A DNA stretch of 64,000 nt from NCBI GenBank assembly GCA_943355025.1, contig CALRDW010000002.1:7252-71251 (forward strand), given 5' to 3'. This stretch comes from Candidatus Magasanikiibacteriota bacterium (GTDB lineage Bacteria; Patescibacteriota; Patescibacteriia; Magasanikbacterales; 2-02-FULL-50-9b). Below are positions 8,405 to 18,827 of this stretch, one piece after another. The notes under the pieces are model-generated. The model had not been told where the DNA came from. It worked only from the letters and a program-made list of their open reading frames with translations, and did not search any database. Numbering within the stretch: position 1 is the first letter of the stretch; the number at the start of each line of letters is the position of its first letter. A program made the translations under genes and the position numbers.

Positions 8405-9007
8405 ATGGACCTATTTATCACAATTTTACTCATTGTCGTCGTTGGTTTTTCAGCCATTCTTCATGAAGTGGCTCACGGGCTTGCGGCTCGTGCGCTTGGC
8501 GACAAAACAGCTGAATATGCGGGACGTCTTACGCTTAACCCACTCAAACATCTTGATTGGTTCGGTTCGGTTATCATGCCGTTTTTTTTGAGCCTCGCGC
8601 ATCTTCCTTTGTTTGCATACGCAAAACCAGTTCCGTATAATCCATATAATTTGAGCAATCAGAAATTGGGACCAGCGCTCGTGAGCGCCGCAGGGCCGGG
8701 AACAAATCTGCTTATCGCTATCATCATGGCTGGTTTAATTCGAACAAATTTATTGCCGCTAGGGATACAAAGTTTTTTATTTTTAGTGCTTGAGGTAAAT
8801 GTTTCGCTCGGTATTTTTAATTTGCTGCCAATCCCGCCACTCGATGGATCAAAACTTTTGTATGCTTTTTTGCCGAGACGATTTGATCATATAAAATATA
8901 CGCTCGAACGGTACGGCATCTTCATCGTTTTTATTTTTATTTATTATTTCAGCTGGATTCTTCTTCCAATACTCAATTTCGTAGAGCGAATACTTATTGG
9001 CTCTTAG
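8405..9007 (+). CDS. site-2 protease family zinc metallopeptidase (M50)
   Basis: HEVAH (HExxH) in TM helix 1. LLPIPPLDGSKLL (LDG motif) in a later TM helix. AGGAG Shine-Dalgarno upstream of the ATG. Confidence 0.75.
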   Translation: MDLFITILLIVVVGFSAILHEVAHGLAARALGDKTAEYAGRLTLNPLKHLDWFGSVIMPFFLSLAHLPLFAYAKPVPYNPYNLSNQKLGPALVSAAGPGTNLLIAIIMAGLIRTNLLPLGIQSFLFLVLEVNVSLGIFNLLPIPPLDGSKLLYAFLPRRFDHIKYTLERYGIFIVFIFIYYFSWILLPILNFVERILIGS

Positions 9008-10194
9008 GAATTAAGTGTCTTGCAACGCAATATCTCAGTCATGATTGTTTCTGAACGCTCTGCCCAACTATATTTTTTTACTCGTTCAAACGCGGCAGCG
9101 ACTCGATTCAGGTACAACTCGGGATGCTCCGCTGCGCTACGGATTGCATTTACAAGTGCGGTTGGATTATTAGGTTCAATTAAAATTGCTGAAGAGTCAT
9201 CTACTATTTCACAAATAGAGGGTAGTCGTGATGCAATAATAAGACGTTGTGCCGCCATGTATTCGAAAAGCTTCAGTGGCGAGGTGTGGTGTTCTGAAAT
9301 GCGTGAGCCGGATTTGTTTGGCAGAATCGCCATGTCCGCTGCTGCAAGGTACATGCGAACCATGTCGGTATTCGAATGACCAACAAGGGTAATGTGCGGG
9401 AACGCTTTATATTCATCCATAAGAATAAGTTCCTCTGGATGGCCACCAATAAGTATTATGCGGATGTGATCATGCGCGAGTATTTTTGCAGCTTCAAGTA
9501 AAATATCCACGCCCTTCCAGGAATGTTGAAAAAAACTTCCAGTGTAAACAGCAACAACATCTTCCGGCGGAATGTTGAGACTGAGACGTGCTACTTTTTT
9601 GTTTGTTGCCACATCAAATTTCTTCAAGTCAATTCCATCAGGAGCAACTAAAATATCATTAGGCGCGACACCAAGCGAAATCAAATCTTGTTTTAAGCCA
9701 TGTGTGATCGCAACAATCATCCCTACGCGTCGTAATAACAATCGAAATATTCTCGATGGTCGCGCTGGCAGTGTGTGCGCTTCCCAAATTGCATTTCGAA
9801 ACAGTGCGGCAACAAATAATTCTCGGCTGTAAATAATCCGCTGCGTTTTTCGATGGCATATACAGTAAATTATGAGGCTCAGCATAAACGTACTTGCCTG
9901 TATCCAATATGCTAATCGGCCAAGCCATATCGCGCTAAAAATAGTGTCGATACACCAGAGACGAATTATTGTAAAAGTTTTTTCAAATCCGTAATAAGTA
10001 AACGCATCCGTCCCAAGAGCGTTTTTTCGATTTGGAATAATGAGCGCGAAATCAATTTTTTTTTCCGCGCAGATTTTTTTTAGCTCTGCACACATCGACA
10101 TGATTTGTATCCCGTGCGCCCGCTCAACAGGCAGACGGTTGTTAGTAATGTACAGAAACTCGGCTATATTTTTTTCTTTAAAGGCTTGTTGCAT
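9004..10194 (-). CDS. glycosyltransferase family 4 with N-terminal hydrophobic region
   Basis: GT4 C-terminal motif EHHTSPLKLFEYMAAQRLIIAS (E-x7-E). N-terminal TM-like segment. Confidence 0.8.
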   Translation of the reverse strand: MQQAFKEKNIAEFLYITNNRLPVERAHGIQIMSMCAELKKICAEKKIDFALIIPNRKNALGTDAFTYYGFEKTFTIIRLWCIDTIFSAIWLGRLAYWIQASTFMLSLIIYCICHRKTQRIIYSRELFVAALFRNAIWEAHTLPARPSRIFRLLLRRVGMIVAITHGLKQDLISLGVAPNDILVAPDGIDLKKFDVATNKKVARLSLNIPPEDVVAVYTGSFFQHSWKGVDILLEAAKILAHDHIRIILIGGHPEELILMDEYKAFPHITLVGHSNTDMVRMYLAAADMAILPNKSGSRISEHHTSPLKLFEYMAAQRLIIASRLPSICEIVDDSSAILIEPNNPTALVNAIRSAAEHPELYLNRVAAAFERVKKYSWAERSETIMTEILRCKTLNS

Positions 10195-10204
10195 GGATTT
10201 GGAT

Positions 10205-11209
10205 TTATGCTACGGGTGTCGGTGTAATTCCGAGCTCTGCACATTCGTGCTCAACCATGATGCGGACCAATTCTTTGAAGTGTACTTTTGGTTTCCACCC
10301 CAGTTTTTCCGCTGCTTTTGTTGCATCACCAATAAGTAAATCAACTTCTGTTGGGCGGTAGAGGCGTTCTTCGGTAATAATGTAAGGCATCCAATCTGTG
10401 ATACCAACAAGACGAAAAGCTTCTTCAACGAATTCTCGAACACTATGTGTTTCGCCAGTCGCTATAACAAAGTCTCCTGGTTCGGGTTGTTGAAGCATGA
10501 GCCACATTGCCTCAACATATTCTGGAGCATAGCCCCAGTCACGCTTTGCATCAAGATTACCAAGGTCCAGAATCGTTCGTTTTCCCGCCGCTATCTCAGC
10601 GACCGCACGAACAATTTTTTTTGTTACAAAATTTTCTCCACGTCGGGGTGACTCGTGATTAAATAAAATGCCATTGCTGATGAACATGCCATAAGCTTCT
10701 CTATAATTTACGCCGATCCAATACGCGTAGAGTTTTGAAACGCCATATGGACTTCGTGGATAAAAAGGTGTCGTTTCTTTCTGTGGCACTTCTTGAGCTT
10801 TTCCAAACATCTCAGAAGAAGACGCTTGATAAATTTTTGTTTTTAATCCAAGCACCTGAACGGATTCGATAAGTTTCATTGCGCCGAGCGCAACGGTTTG
10901 TGCTGTATAGAACGGTAAATTAAAACTGATACGCACGTGGCTTTGAGCCCCAAGATTATAAATCTCGTCTGGTTTAACAGTTTGAAGGATACTGAAAATG
11001 CTTGAGTCATCTGTCAAATCGCCGTAGTGTAAAATTACAAAATTTTCTGGATTATCAGCGCTCAGCAAATGTTCAACTCGACTTCGATTAAATGTGCTTG
11101 CGTGGCGGACCATTCCGTGCACCTCATAGCCTTTTGCAAGCAAAAATTCAGCAAGATATGAGCCGTCTTGGCCTGTAATTCCGGTTATGAGCGCTCTTTT
11201 TTTGTTCAT
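10205..11209 (-). CDS. gmd: GDP-mannose 4,6-dehydratase
   Basis: [36 protein letters not shown] is a near-canonical Gmd N-terminus. SDR catalytic tetrad context present. 334 aa. Confidence 0.9.
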   Translation of the reverse strand: MNKKRALITGITGQDGSYLAEFLLAKGYEVHGMVRHASTFNRSRVEHLLSADNPENFVILHYGDLTDDSSIFSILQTVKPDEIYNLGAQSHVRISFNLPFYTAQTVALGAMKLIESVQVLGLKTKIYQASSSEMFGKAQEVPQKETTPFYPRSPYGVSKLYAYWIGVNYREAYGMFISNGILFNHESPRRGENFVTKKIVRAVAEIAAGKRTILDLGNLDAKRDWGYAPEYVEAMWLMLQQPEPGDFVIATGETHSVREFVEEAFRLVGITDWMPYIITEERLYRPTEVDLLIGDATKAAEKLGWKPKVHFKELVRIMVEHECAELGITPTPVA

Positions 11210-11367
11210 ATGGTTGGATTTGCAGCTGAATAGTTGTGTGTGCGTTGGAATATTACGCTAAAAAGACGGCTGCAGTCAACACCTTGTTGGGCCGTCTAAC
11301 CCAGTAAAGTTTAAATACCAAGGTTTACAATCGTGCCCATAAATGCTACTCTTTATGGAACTTCTGT

Positions 11368-12843
11368 ATGAATGAGCGTGGTATTTTTTCGAAATCAATT
11401 CACGGTGGGAAATGGTTATTGATGAGCGTTGTTGCGAATAAAGTAATCAATCTCGCTCCTTTTTTCGTTTTAACACGACTGTTATCTCCTATAGATTACG
11501 GTATTATAAACATAGCTTTTCTGGTTTCTTCGTTGGGAGATAAATTATTTAATATTAATTTTGATCAGGCTTTAATTAGAAAACGTGGCTCGATTGACGA
11601 AGAGCTGGCGACTGTGTGGACTTTTGGGCTGCTCCGCTCAGCATTCATAGCGTGTCTAATTTTTTTTCTGTCGGGCTGGGTTTCGGTTCAGCTGCATGTA
11701 CCATCAAGTTACATAAATATTATTCGGTATAGCGGACTTTTTTTGATTCTGAGCGCCTGTGCGAATCCTCAGCAGACAAAACTCTTTAGAGATTTGGACA
11801 TGCGCCCTTATTTTTGGCGCGATTTTGTTGCTGCAATTGTCTACGCAGTAGTATCGATAGGGTGGGCAGTTTTTGTAAGCGCAACCGTGTGGGCTTTATT
11901 TATTGGTTACGTTGCACGATTGCTCGCAGGAGTATTCATGACTTATTTTTTCGTGCCAATAATTCCAAGAATCAAATGGAATGTTCGGCATTTGTTGCCG
12001 CATGTGCGACAAGGTCTCCTATATTATTTTCAAGATTTGGGGAGCTATTTATTGTCTGCTACTGACGCGTTTATTGTTGCGCATCTTTTTACAGTAACGG
12101 ACGTTGGATTTTTTACTCGCGCACAAGATACTGCATCAATGGTATCGTCCTCGCTTCTATCAGTTATAAATAAATTAGCTTTTTCCGCCTACGCAAATTT
12201 ACAAACTCAGTTAGAAAAAGTCAGAGATGGTTTTTTAAAAAATCTGGATGTGTTTTTAATGCTGAGTCTACCTTTTTGCGTGCTCATCATTTTAGATGGT
12301 GGTGAAATTGTGCGCATTCTTTTTGGAGAAAAATGGTTAGCGCTTGTTTTACCTCTCAAGATTTTTTCATTTGGAACAATTTTTATCAACATTTCAAATA
12401 GTATAACACCGATATTAAACGCATTGGGTTACGCAAGGTATGTTGTAAAAATAAATGCTGTTCAGCTTTGTGCGATGGTAATTGCCGTTGTGTTCGGCGC
12501 TCATTTCGGTGGCCTTATTGGTTCCGTGATTGGGGTCGTGTGTGCAAGCATCATTACATTCGGTATCGGATTTTTTAAATTGAATGCAGTATTAAAAATT
12601 GATTTTAGTCATTACAGTGCGCCAATAATCAGCGGTTTCGCGGCTTCATTAGCGACCGTTCTCGCCTCCATTTTTCTGAGGCATTATTATTTTAACTCAG
12701 GTTCGAAAATTTTGTTTGTTGTTTTGATGAGCCTTCTCAGTAGTATTTACTACTCGGTTTTATTTATTACAAGTTATAAATTGCAAGCGGGCCCGTGGTT
12801 TACGCTACGCAAAGTCTTTACTGAATTCATCAGACTTCACTAG
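11368..12843 (+). CDS. polysaccharide biosynthesis protein, Wzx-like oligosaccharide flippase (MOP superfamily)
   Basis: 491 aa with ~12-14 TM helices and the typical length and topology of O-antigen/teichoic-acid flippases. Divergent from gmd. Confidence 0.65.
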   Translation: MNERGIFSKSIHGGKWLLMSVVANKVINLAPFFVLTRLLSPIDYGIINIAFLVSSLGDKLFNINFDQALIRKRGSIDEELATVWTFGLLRSAFIACLIFFLSGWVSVQLHVPSSYINIIRYSGLFLILSACANPQQTKLFRDLDMRPYFWRDFVAAIVYAVVSIGWAVFVSATVWALFIGYVARLLAGVFMTYFFVPIIPRIKWNVRHLLPHVRQGLLYYFQDLGSYLLSATDAFIVAHLFTVTDVGFFTRAQDTASMVSSSLLSVINKLAFSAYANLQTQLEKVRDGFLKNLDVFLMLSLPFCVLIILDGGEIVRILFGEKWLALVLPLKIFSFGTIFINISNSITPILNALGYARYVVKINAVQLCAMVIAVVFGAHFGGLIGSVIGVVCASIITFGIGFFKLNAVLKIDFSHYSAPIISGFAASLATVLASIFLRHYYFNSGSKILFVVLMSLLSSIYYSVLFITSYKLQAGPWFTLRKVFTEFIRLH

Positions 12844-12891
12844 TTGACGTACTGTAGATCACAGATTACTATATAATAAATAAATGATCCT

Positions 12892-14022
12892 ATGATCCCG
12901 TACGGTCGCCAAACAATAGATGAAGATGATATCGCTGCAGTTGTTTCTGTATTGAAATCGGATTGGTTGACGCAAGGTCCTCATATTTTAGAATTTGAAA
13001 AAGCGCTCGCTGAATATTGCGGTGCGCGGTTTGCAGTTGTAGTTTCAAATGGAACAGCAGCGCTTCATACCGCATACCATACACTTCATCTCAAGCCAGG
13101 CGATGAAATTATTACATCGCCACTTACATTTGCTGCAACAACCAATGCAGCGTTGTGGGAAGGCGCCCGCCCTATTTTTGTAGATATTGATCCGACGACA
13201 GGGAATTTAGATCCGAAGCTCATCGAAGAAAAAATAACAGAAAAAACGCGCGCGATTGTACCGATTCATTTTAGCGGACGGCCAGCTGACATGGATTCAA
13301 TTCGAGAAATTGCAGATCGACACAAACTCGCGATTATCGAAGATGCGTGTCACGCTCTCGGCGCAGTATATAAAGGAAAAAAAATCGGCTCGAGTAGCGG
13401 GTTAGTCGCGTTTAGTTTTCATCCTGTAAAAGGAATTACTACTGGCGAGGGTGGTGCGGTACTCACAAATGATGAGGATGTGTATAAAGAGATGAAACGT
13501 TTTGCATCACATGGAATTTCAAAAGAAAATTTTGTTCGAGAATCTCCGGGTGCTTGGTATCATGAGATGCAAATATTGGGAAATAATTATCGCATGACAG
13601 ACATGCAAGCGGCACTTGGCACAAGCCAGCTTAAAAAAATCGATTCATTTATTTCACGTCGTCGTGAAATTGCACGGCGGTATAGAGCAGAACTTTCTGC
13701 AGGTTCAAATTTTGAACTTCCACCAGCGGATACTGCGGACTATCAATCTGCGTGGCATTTATATGTAATTCGGTTGCGCGGAAAAAATACATCTCGGCGT
13801 GCGGAAGTTTTTGGGAAACTTCGGGACGCAGGCATTGGTGTGCAGGTACATTATATCCCTGTGTACCTACATCCGTATTATGAGTCACTGGGGTATGTGA
13901 AGGGACTGTGTCCGTTAGCAGAGAATTATTACGAAGCTGAAATTTCTTTGCCGATTTTTCCAAGCCTGACTGACGCTGAACAGGATTTTGTGATACGCAC
14001 TCTGCGTATAGTGCTCGCATAA
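12892..14022 (+). CDS. DegT/DnrJ/EryC1/StrS family PLP-dependent sugar aminotransferase
   Basis: N-terminal IPYGRQTIDEDDIAAV...GPHILEFEKALAEYCG...VVSNGTAALH. The SFHPVKGITTGEGGAV motif holds the Schiff-base lysine context. Confidence 0.85.
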   Translation: MIPYGRQTIDEDDIAAVVSVLKSDWLTQGPHILEFEKALAEYCGARFAVVVSNGTAALHTAYHTLHLKPGDEIITSPLTFAATTNAALWEGARPIFVDIDPTTGNLDPKLIEEKITEKTRAIVPIHFSGRPADMDSIREIADRHKLAIIEDACHALGAVYKGKKIGSSSGLVAFSFHPVKGITTGEGGAVLTNDEDVYKEMKRFASHGISKENFVRESPGAWYHEMQILGNNYRMTDMQAALGTSQLKKIDSFISRRREIARRYRAELSAGSNFELPPADTADYQSAWHLYVIRLRGKNTSRRAEVFGKLRDAGIGVQVHYIPVYLHPYYESLGYVKGLCPLAENYYEAEISLPIFPSLTDAEQDFVIRTLRIVLA

Positions 14023-14027
14023 ATAAT

Positions 14028-15122
14028 ATGGATTTATTTAAGCCAGATAATTTTTCCTCGTCAGAGGTTGTTTTTAAAAAAAATTTAAACCATAGCCTTG
14101 ATTTTTTTTTAAAGGTGTTTAATTATTATTTTAAATCGCCAGTACTAATCAGTATTGAGGAGTTGGGCGGGCGTGCGATTAACTCTCAGAATTTTCGTAT
14201 TAAGCTCGAAACTGACGACGGTATTTTACATGATGTGCTATTTCGTCGATGCATTTTTTTCTCGGACCAGATTCAAATTATCTCATGTCTCAAGGTTATC
14301 GCAGCAAGCCGCATCTATGGAGCAGCCGTTCCGGAGGTTCTAAAAACAATTGAGGGGCTTCAATTCATAACACATGCAGGTGAGTTTTTCGTTCTATTTA
14401 ATTTTATATCAGGGAATTATTTTGTTCCTCATATTCTCGCCTACAGCTCTCTTGCGCAATCACTTGCTAGATTGCATCGTTCATTCGTGATCTTAGATGA
14501 GGATCTCGTGAACGCTATTCGAACAGAAAGTCAGAAAAATATAAAAGCGTATTATAATAAGGTAACGGAGTATTCGCGTGCTGATTTTGAATTTTTTTTG
14601 AATATGGTTGATCCAGAAATTCGAGTGGAATTAACAAATTTAATGCCACTTATAGATACGACAGCGCGGACTGTGGGCAAACTTAATGAATGCTATTCAC
14701 AAATTATCCATTCGGACATGCACCCGCATAATGTCCTGTTTGAGGGAGATGCACTCGAAGCGATACTCGATTTTGATGCACTTCGATATGCAGAGCGAGC
14801 GCGCGATGTTGGTATGGCGCTCTATCGATTCGGTCGACAATTTTTTGTTGCAACACACGCAATAGACTCGTGTGATCTGCATGATCAGGCACACGAATAT
14901 ACGAAGAGATTCATACAAGAGTATGCTGCAGTGAATCCATTGACACAAATAGAATTAGAGTATATGCCGTTCATTGTCGCTGATGAATTTATAAAAAAAT
15001 TGCTTTTTGTACTCAGAAGTGTGTATATTGAGAAGAATACGGTGTGGGCGGCAGACATTAGTAAGTTTTGTAGCGCGTTATCAGAAATTACTTTTTTTTG
15101 GGATTATGACACACAAAACTAA
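14028..15122 (+). CDS. aminoglycoside/choline-kinase-like phosphotransferase (APH fold)
   Basis: Catalytic loop IHSDMHPHNVLF and Mg-binding ILDFD. 364 aa. Confidence 0.6.
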   Translation: MDLFKPDNFSSSEVVFKKNLNHSLDFFLKVFNYYFKSPVLISIEELGGRAINSQNFRIKLETDDGILHDVLFRRCIFFSDQIQIISCLKVIAASRIYGAAVPEVLKTIEGLQFITHAGEFFVLFNFISGNYFVPHILAYSSLAQSLARLHRSFVILDEDLVNAIRTESQKNIKAYYNKVTEYSRADFEFFLNMVDPEIRVELTNLMPLIDTTARTVGKLNECYSQIIHSDMHPHNVLFEGDALEAILDFDALRYAERARDVGMALYRFGRQFFVATHAIDSCDLHDQAHEYTKRFIQEYAAVNPLTQIELEYMPFIVADEFIKKLLFVLRSVYIEKNTVWAADISKFCSALSEITFFWDYDTQN

Positions 15123-16401
15123 ACGCGAGCAGATTAGCGATATTTTGCAATTTATTCCGGCTGCATCACAAACGCTTAGTAAAAATCCGACACAATTCGT
15201 TGTGGGTGTTTCACCAGTAACTGCATCATACGCAAAGGGCGCGTATCTGTGGGATATCGAAGGTAAGCCATACTTAGATTTGATACTTGCGCTTGGGCCC
15301 ATGATTTTTGGTTATGGAAACGAGAGAATTGATAGTGCGGCACATAAACAAATCGAGCGCGGGACAATTTTTTCATTGCCGTCTGAAAATGAAATCGTGC
15401 TTGCACGATTGCTTGCTGATGTCGTTCCGTGTGCAGAAATGAGTCGATTTGTTTTAAATGGTGCTGATGCGACAACGGGGGCAGTTCGTTTAGCACGACA
15501 CATTACGAAGCGGGATCACGTTGCTGTTTGCGGCTATCACGGCTATGAGGATTGGAGCATTTGCGTGCGTAATGGTCGGAGTGCTGGGGTGCCTCAAATT
15601 AACAAAACACTGACACACGAATTTGTTTATAACGATATCGCATCACTCAGGCAGATTTTTTTAGATAATCCGGGAGAGATTGCGGCTGTTGTTCTTGAGC
15701 CTGTTGCAAGCGAAAAACCACTTGACGGTTTTTTGGAGGCAGTAAAAAATGTGGCACATGAGCACGGTGCCATTTTAATTTTTGATGAAATGGTCACTGG
15801 TTTTAGATGGGCGATTGGTGGCGCACAAGAATATTTTGGTGTCGTGCCCGATATTGCATGCTTTGGAAAAGCGATATCCTGTGGGTATCCGCTCGCGGCA
15901 ATTTGTGGGAAGCGTGAATACATGCGACATATGGATGAGGTATTTGTTTCGATGACGTTCGCAGGATTTACACTCGGAATTGCTTCTGCACTTGAAGCGA
16001 TAACAATGATGCGTGAGCTAGGTGACGTTCATACGCACATGCATCGGACAGGAGAGTATCTCATTGGAAAAGCGAATGAAGTTTTTACCGCAAATAATTT
16101 ACCGATAGAATTTATTGGGTACGGGCCTCATCCTGTCATGCGCGTGAAACTTCCAGAGGGCGATTCGCGTTTAGTAAAAACATACATCATGCAGGAGATG
16201 CATAAGGCGGGTATATTATTTAATTCATCGATGATGATTGGGTATATTCACACAGAACAGCACATGAACGAAGTTATTGCTGTGTTGCAGAGTGCGTGCT
16301 TGGTTATTGCATCAAATAGGGTCGGAGATTCATTTGAAAATCTGCGTGGATTTTTTGAGGGCGACATTGTTGCACCACGATCAGTGCGTGTTGAACAATA
16401 G
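15106..16401 (+). CDS. class-III PLP aminotransferase (glutamate-1-semialdehyde aminomutase-like)
   Basis: FDEMVTGFRWAIGGAQEYFGVVPDIACFGKAISCGYPLAA is the class-III AT lysine region. Start moved to ATG 15106 (MTHKTKR), overlapping the upstream stop by 17 nt. Confidence 0.8.
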   Translation: MTHKTKREQISDILQFIPAASQTLSKNPTQFVVGVSPVTASYAKGAYLWDIEGKPYLDLILALGPMIFGYGNERIDSAAHKQIERGTIFSLPSENEIVLARLLADVVPCAEMSRFVLNGADATTGAVRLARHITKRDHVAVCGYHGYEDWSICVRNGRSAGVPQINKTLTHEFVYNDIASLRQIFLDNPGEIAAVVLEPVASEKPLDGFLEAVKNVAHEHGAILIFDEMVTGFRWAIGGAQEYFGVVPDIACFGKAISCGYPLAAICGKREYMRHMDEVFVSMTFAGFTLGIASALEAITMMRELGDVHTHMHRTGEYLIGKANEVFTANNLPIEFIGYGPHPVMRVKLPEGDSRLVKTYIMQEMHKAGILFNSSMMIGYIHTEQHMNEVIAVLQSACLVIASNRVGDSFENLRGFFEGDIVAPRSVRVEQ

Positions 16402-16402
16402 T

Positions 16403-17026
16403 ATGTTTGACGATAAAAAAATTCGTGCAATAATTTTTGATTGGGGGGGCACGTGCGGTGAAGACAGTGAACCGTTTGCTTTACAAAGTTTGTTGCAGAC
16501 ACTCGGGAAAACCCCAGATGAAATTTCGTATGTCGTGCGCGATTTACTAGATGATTTTTATAAAGGGAAAATTTCATCAGATTTGTTTTGGCCACGTGTG
16601 CTTGAGCGCTTCGGTTTATTGGAAACACAAGATATGAACTGTGTGTTATTAAGCGCTGCGTATCTCTCGACATGCCGCCCGTTTGATGAAATATTGGGCA
16701 GTATTATAGAGCTAAGAAAAAAATATAAAACAGGACTTTTATCCAATCTAACGCCACTTATGCGTGATCATATTCGTAAACAAGAGAGTTGGTTTGATTA
16801 TTTTGATGCCGAAGTATATAGTTGCGACTCTAATATTATGGAGAGGAAGCCAGATATATCCATGTATAATGCGATTACAAAAAAACTCGGTGTTTCTCCA
16901 GAGAACTGTTTATTCATTGATAACACTTCACACAACGTAATCGCAGCCAAGGATTTCGGGATGCAAGGACTATTATTTACATCTGTTGCACAGTGTCTCG
17001 CAGATACTGCCGCGCTGCTACAATAG
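16403..17026 (+). CDS. HAD-superfamily hydrolase / phosphatase
   Basis: Motif I IIFDWGGT immediately after start ATG 16403. A downstream GLLSN block is consistent with HAD motif II. The HAD assignment is tentative (confidence 0.55), and the product could instead be a mutase-type HAD. Confidence 0.55.
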   Translation: MFDDKKIRAIIFDWGGTCGEDSEPFALQSLLQTLGKTPDEISYVVRDLLDDFYKGKISSDLFWPRVLERFGLLETQDMNCVLLSAAYLSTCRPFDEILGSIIELRKKYKTGLLSNLTPLMRDHIRKQESWFDYFDAEVYSCDSNIMERKPDISMYNAITKKLGVSPENCLFIDNTSHNVIAAKDFGMQGLLFTSVAQCLADTAALLQ

Positions 17027-17029
17027 TTT

Positions 17030-18016
17030 ATGAGATTTATTATTATTGGCGGAGGATCAATAGGCAAACGGCATCTCAGGAATCTGTTATCGCTTGGCGA
17101 ATCCGATATTGCTGTCGTTGAGCAGAACGCCGAACGCATGTCAGCCATTGCGGCGGAATTTAATATCAAAACATTTTCTTCGATGCGGCAAGCATTTGAA
17201 TCTGAAACATTTGAGTGCGCTTTTATTTGCTCACCTTCCCGATTCCATCAAGAACAAGCGTTGTATTGCGCTGACCATAAGTGCGATTTATTTATTGAAA
17301 AACCTCTTTCACATACAATGGATGGAATTTTTGAATTAAAAAATGTAATTGAAAAAAATAAATTAATAACAATGGTCGGGAGTAATTTTAAATTTTATCC
17401 ATCATTACAGAAAATTAAAAGCTTGTTGGATGCTGGGGCCATTGGAAAAATTCTTTCCGCGCGATTGCAGTTTGGACAATATTTGCCTGATTGGCATCCG
17501 TGGGAAGATTACCGACAGGGCTACAGTGCGAATGAGCGCCTCGGTGGTGGGGTGCTTCTTGATTCACACGAATTTGATTATGCGACCTGGCTGCTCGGGG
17601 ATGTGTCTAAAGTTACGTGCGTAGCAAAAAAAATAAGTGACCTTGAAATTGATGTTGAAGATGTTGCGGCAGTTATTTTGCACCTAAAAAGCGGAGCACT
17701 TGTTGAACTTCATCTCGATTATGTTCAGCGATTTTATAGCCGCTGTTATGAGTTTTTTGGTGAAACAGGGACAATCATGTGGGACATAAAAGAAAAAAAA
17801 GTTTTACTCAAAACCAAAGAAGCGGGCGAACAAATTTTTGAGCTCATTTCTGAATACGATTTTAATACCATGTATATAGATGAACTCAAACATTTTTTGG
17901 CGTGTGTTGAAGCGCGAAGTAATACAGTTTCAAGTGTAATTGTCGGAGCGCGCGTGCTCGAAATTATCACTGCAGCAAAAGAATCTTCGCTGAAAGAAAA
18001 AACGATTGAAGTATGA
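17030..18016 (+). CDS. Gfo/Idh/MocA family NAD(P)-dependent oxidoreductase
   Basis: MRFIIIGGGSIGKRHL Rossmann N-terminus and the C-terminal alpha/beta domain typical of this family. Confidence 0.8.
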   Translation: MRFIIIGGGSIGKRHLRNLLSLGESDIAVVEQNAERMSAIAAEFNIKTFSSMRQAFESETFECAFICSPSRFHQEQALYCADHKCDLFIEKPLSHTMDGIFELKNVIEKNKLITMVGSNFKFYPSLQKIKSLLDAGAIGKILSARLQFGQYLPDWHPWEDYRQGYSANERLGGGVLLDSHEFDYATWLLGDVSKVTCVAKKISDLEIDVEDVAAVILHLKSGALVELHLDYVQRFYSRCYEFFGETGTIMWDIKEKKVLLKTKEAGEQIFELISEYDFNTMYIDELKHFLACVEARSNTVSSVIVGARVLEIITAAKESSLKEKTIEV

Positions 18017-18765
18017 AAATTGCAGTGATTATTCAAGCGCGTATGGGATCGAAACGCTTGCCAGGAAAAACGCTTATGATGATCGGTGGTAAACCTGCGA
18101 TCGCTCACGTTGTAGATCGTGTACGGCGCTCAAAACTCATGACGCACTATTGTGTGGCAACGACAACCAATGTAGAAGATGATACACTTGTTGCGTGGGC
18201 GGCTGAATACGGCGCACCCTGTTTTCGAGGGAATGAGCTTAATGTGCTTGATCGGTATTATGAAGCAGCACGATCAGTGTGTGCAGATGTCGTTGTTCGT
18301 GTCACAGGGGATTGTCCGCTCGTGGACCCCACCGTCATTGATTCGGTAATCAATCGTTATTTGAAGGGTGATAAAATTTTTGATTATGTTTCAAATATAC
18401 ATCCGCCAACATTTCCGGATGGTTTGGATGTCGAAGTTTTTTCATTCAAGTCATTAGAATGTGCATGGCGAGAGGCGCAGTTATTGTCGGAACAGGAGCA
18501 TGTGACGCCGTACATATGGAAACATCCGGAGCTGTTTAATCAAACATCAATTTCTTCTGAGGTTGATCTGTCAAATAATCGATGGACGTTAGATTCCTCT
18601 GAAGATCTGGTTTTTTTTCAACAATTAGCTTTGCACTGTGCGTTTCTTGAGAACGCAACGACAGAAGAGATTTTGGAAATTATTCAAAATAATCCTGTTC
18701 TGCCCACATTGAATTGCCAACACATTCGTAATGAGGGGTATGAGAAATCGCTTTTAATTGATTGA
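18013..18765 (+). CDS. cytidylyltransferase of the CMP-NeuAc synthetase / PseF / SpsF family
   Basis: IAVIIQARMGSKRLPGKTL is the acylneuraminate cytidylyltransferase N-terminal motif. 250 aa. Confidence 0.75.
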   Translation: MKIAVIIQARMGSKRLPGKTLMMIGGKPAIAHVVDRVRRSKLMTHYCVATTTNVEDDTLVAWAAEYGAPCFRGNELNVLDRYYEAARSVCADVVVRVTGDCPLVDPTVIDSVINRYLKGDKIFDYVSNIHPPTFPDGLDVEVFSFKSLECAWREAQLLSEQEHVTPYIWKHPELFNQTSISSEVDLSNNRWTLDSSEDLVFFQQLALHCAFLENATTEEILEIIQNNPVLPTLNCQHIRNEGYEKSLLID

Positions 18766-18827
18766 TCAATAAGTGGTACGTTATTGCAAAAAAAATTTCC
18801 CCGTGTTAGTCTTGCCGATATCAACAT

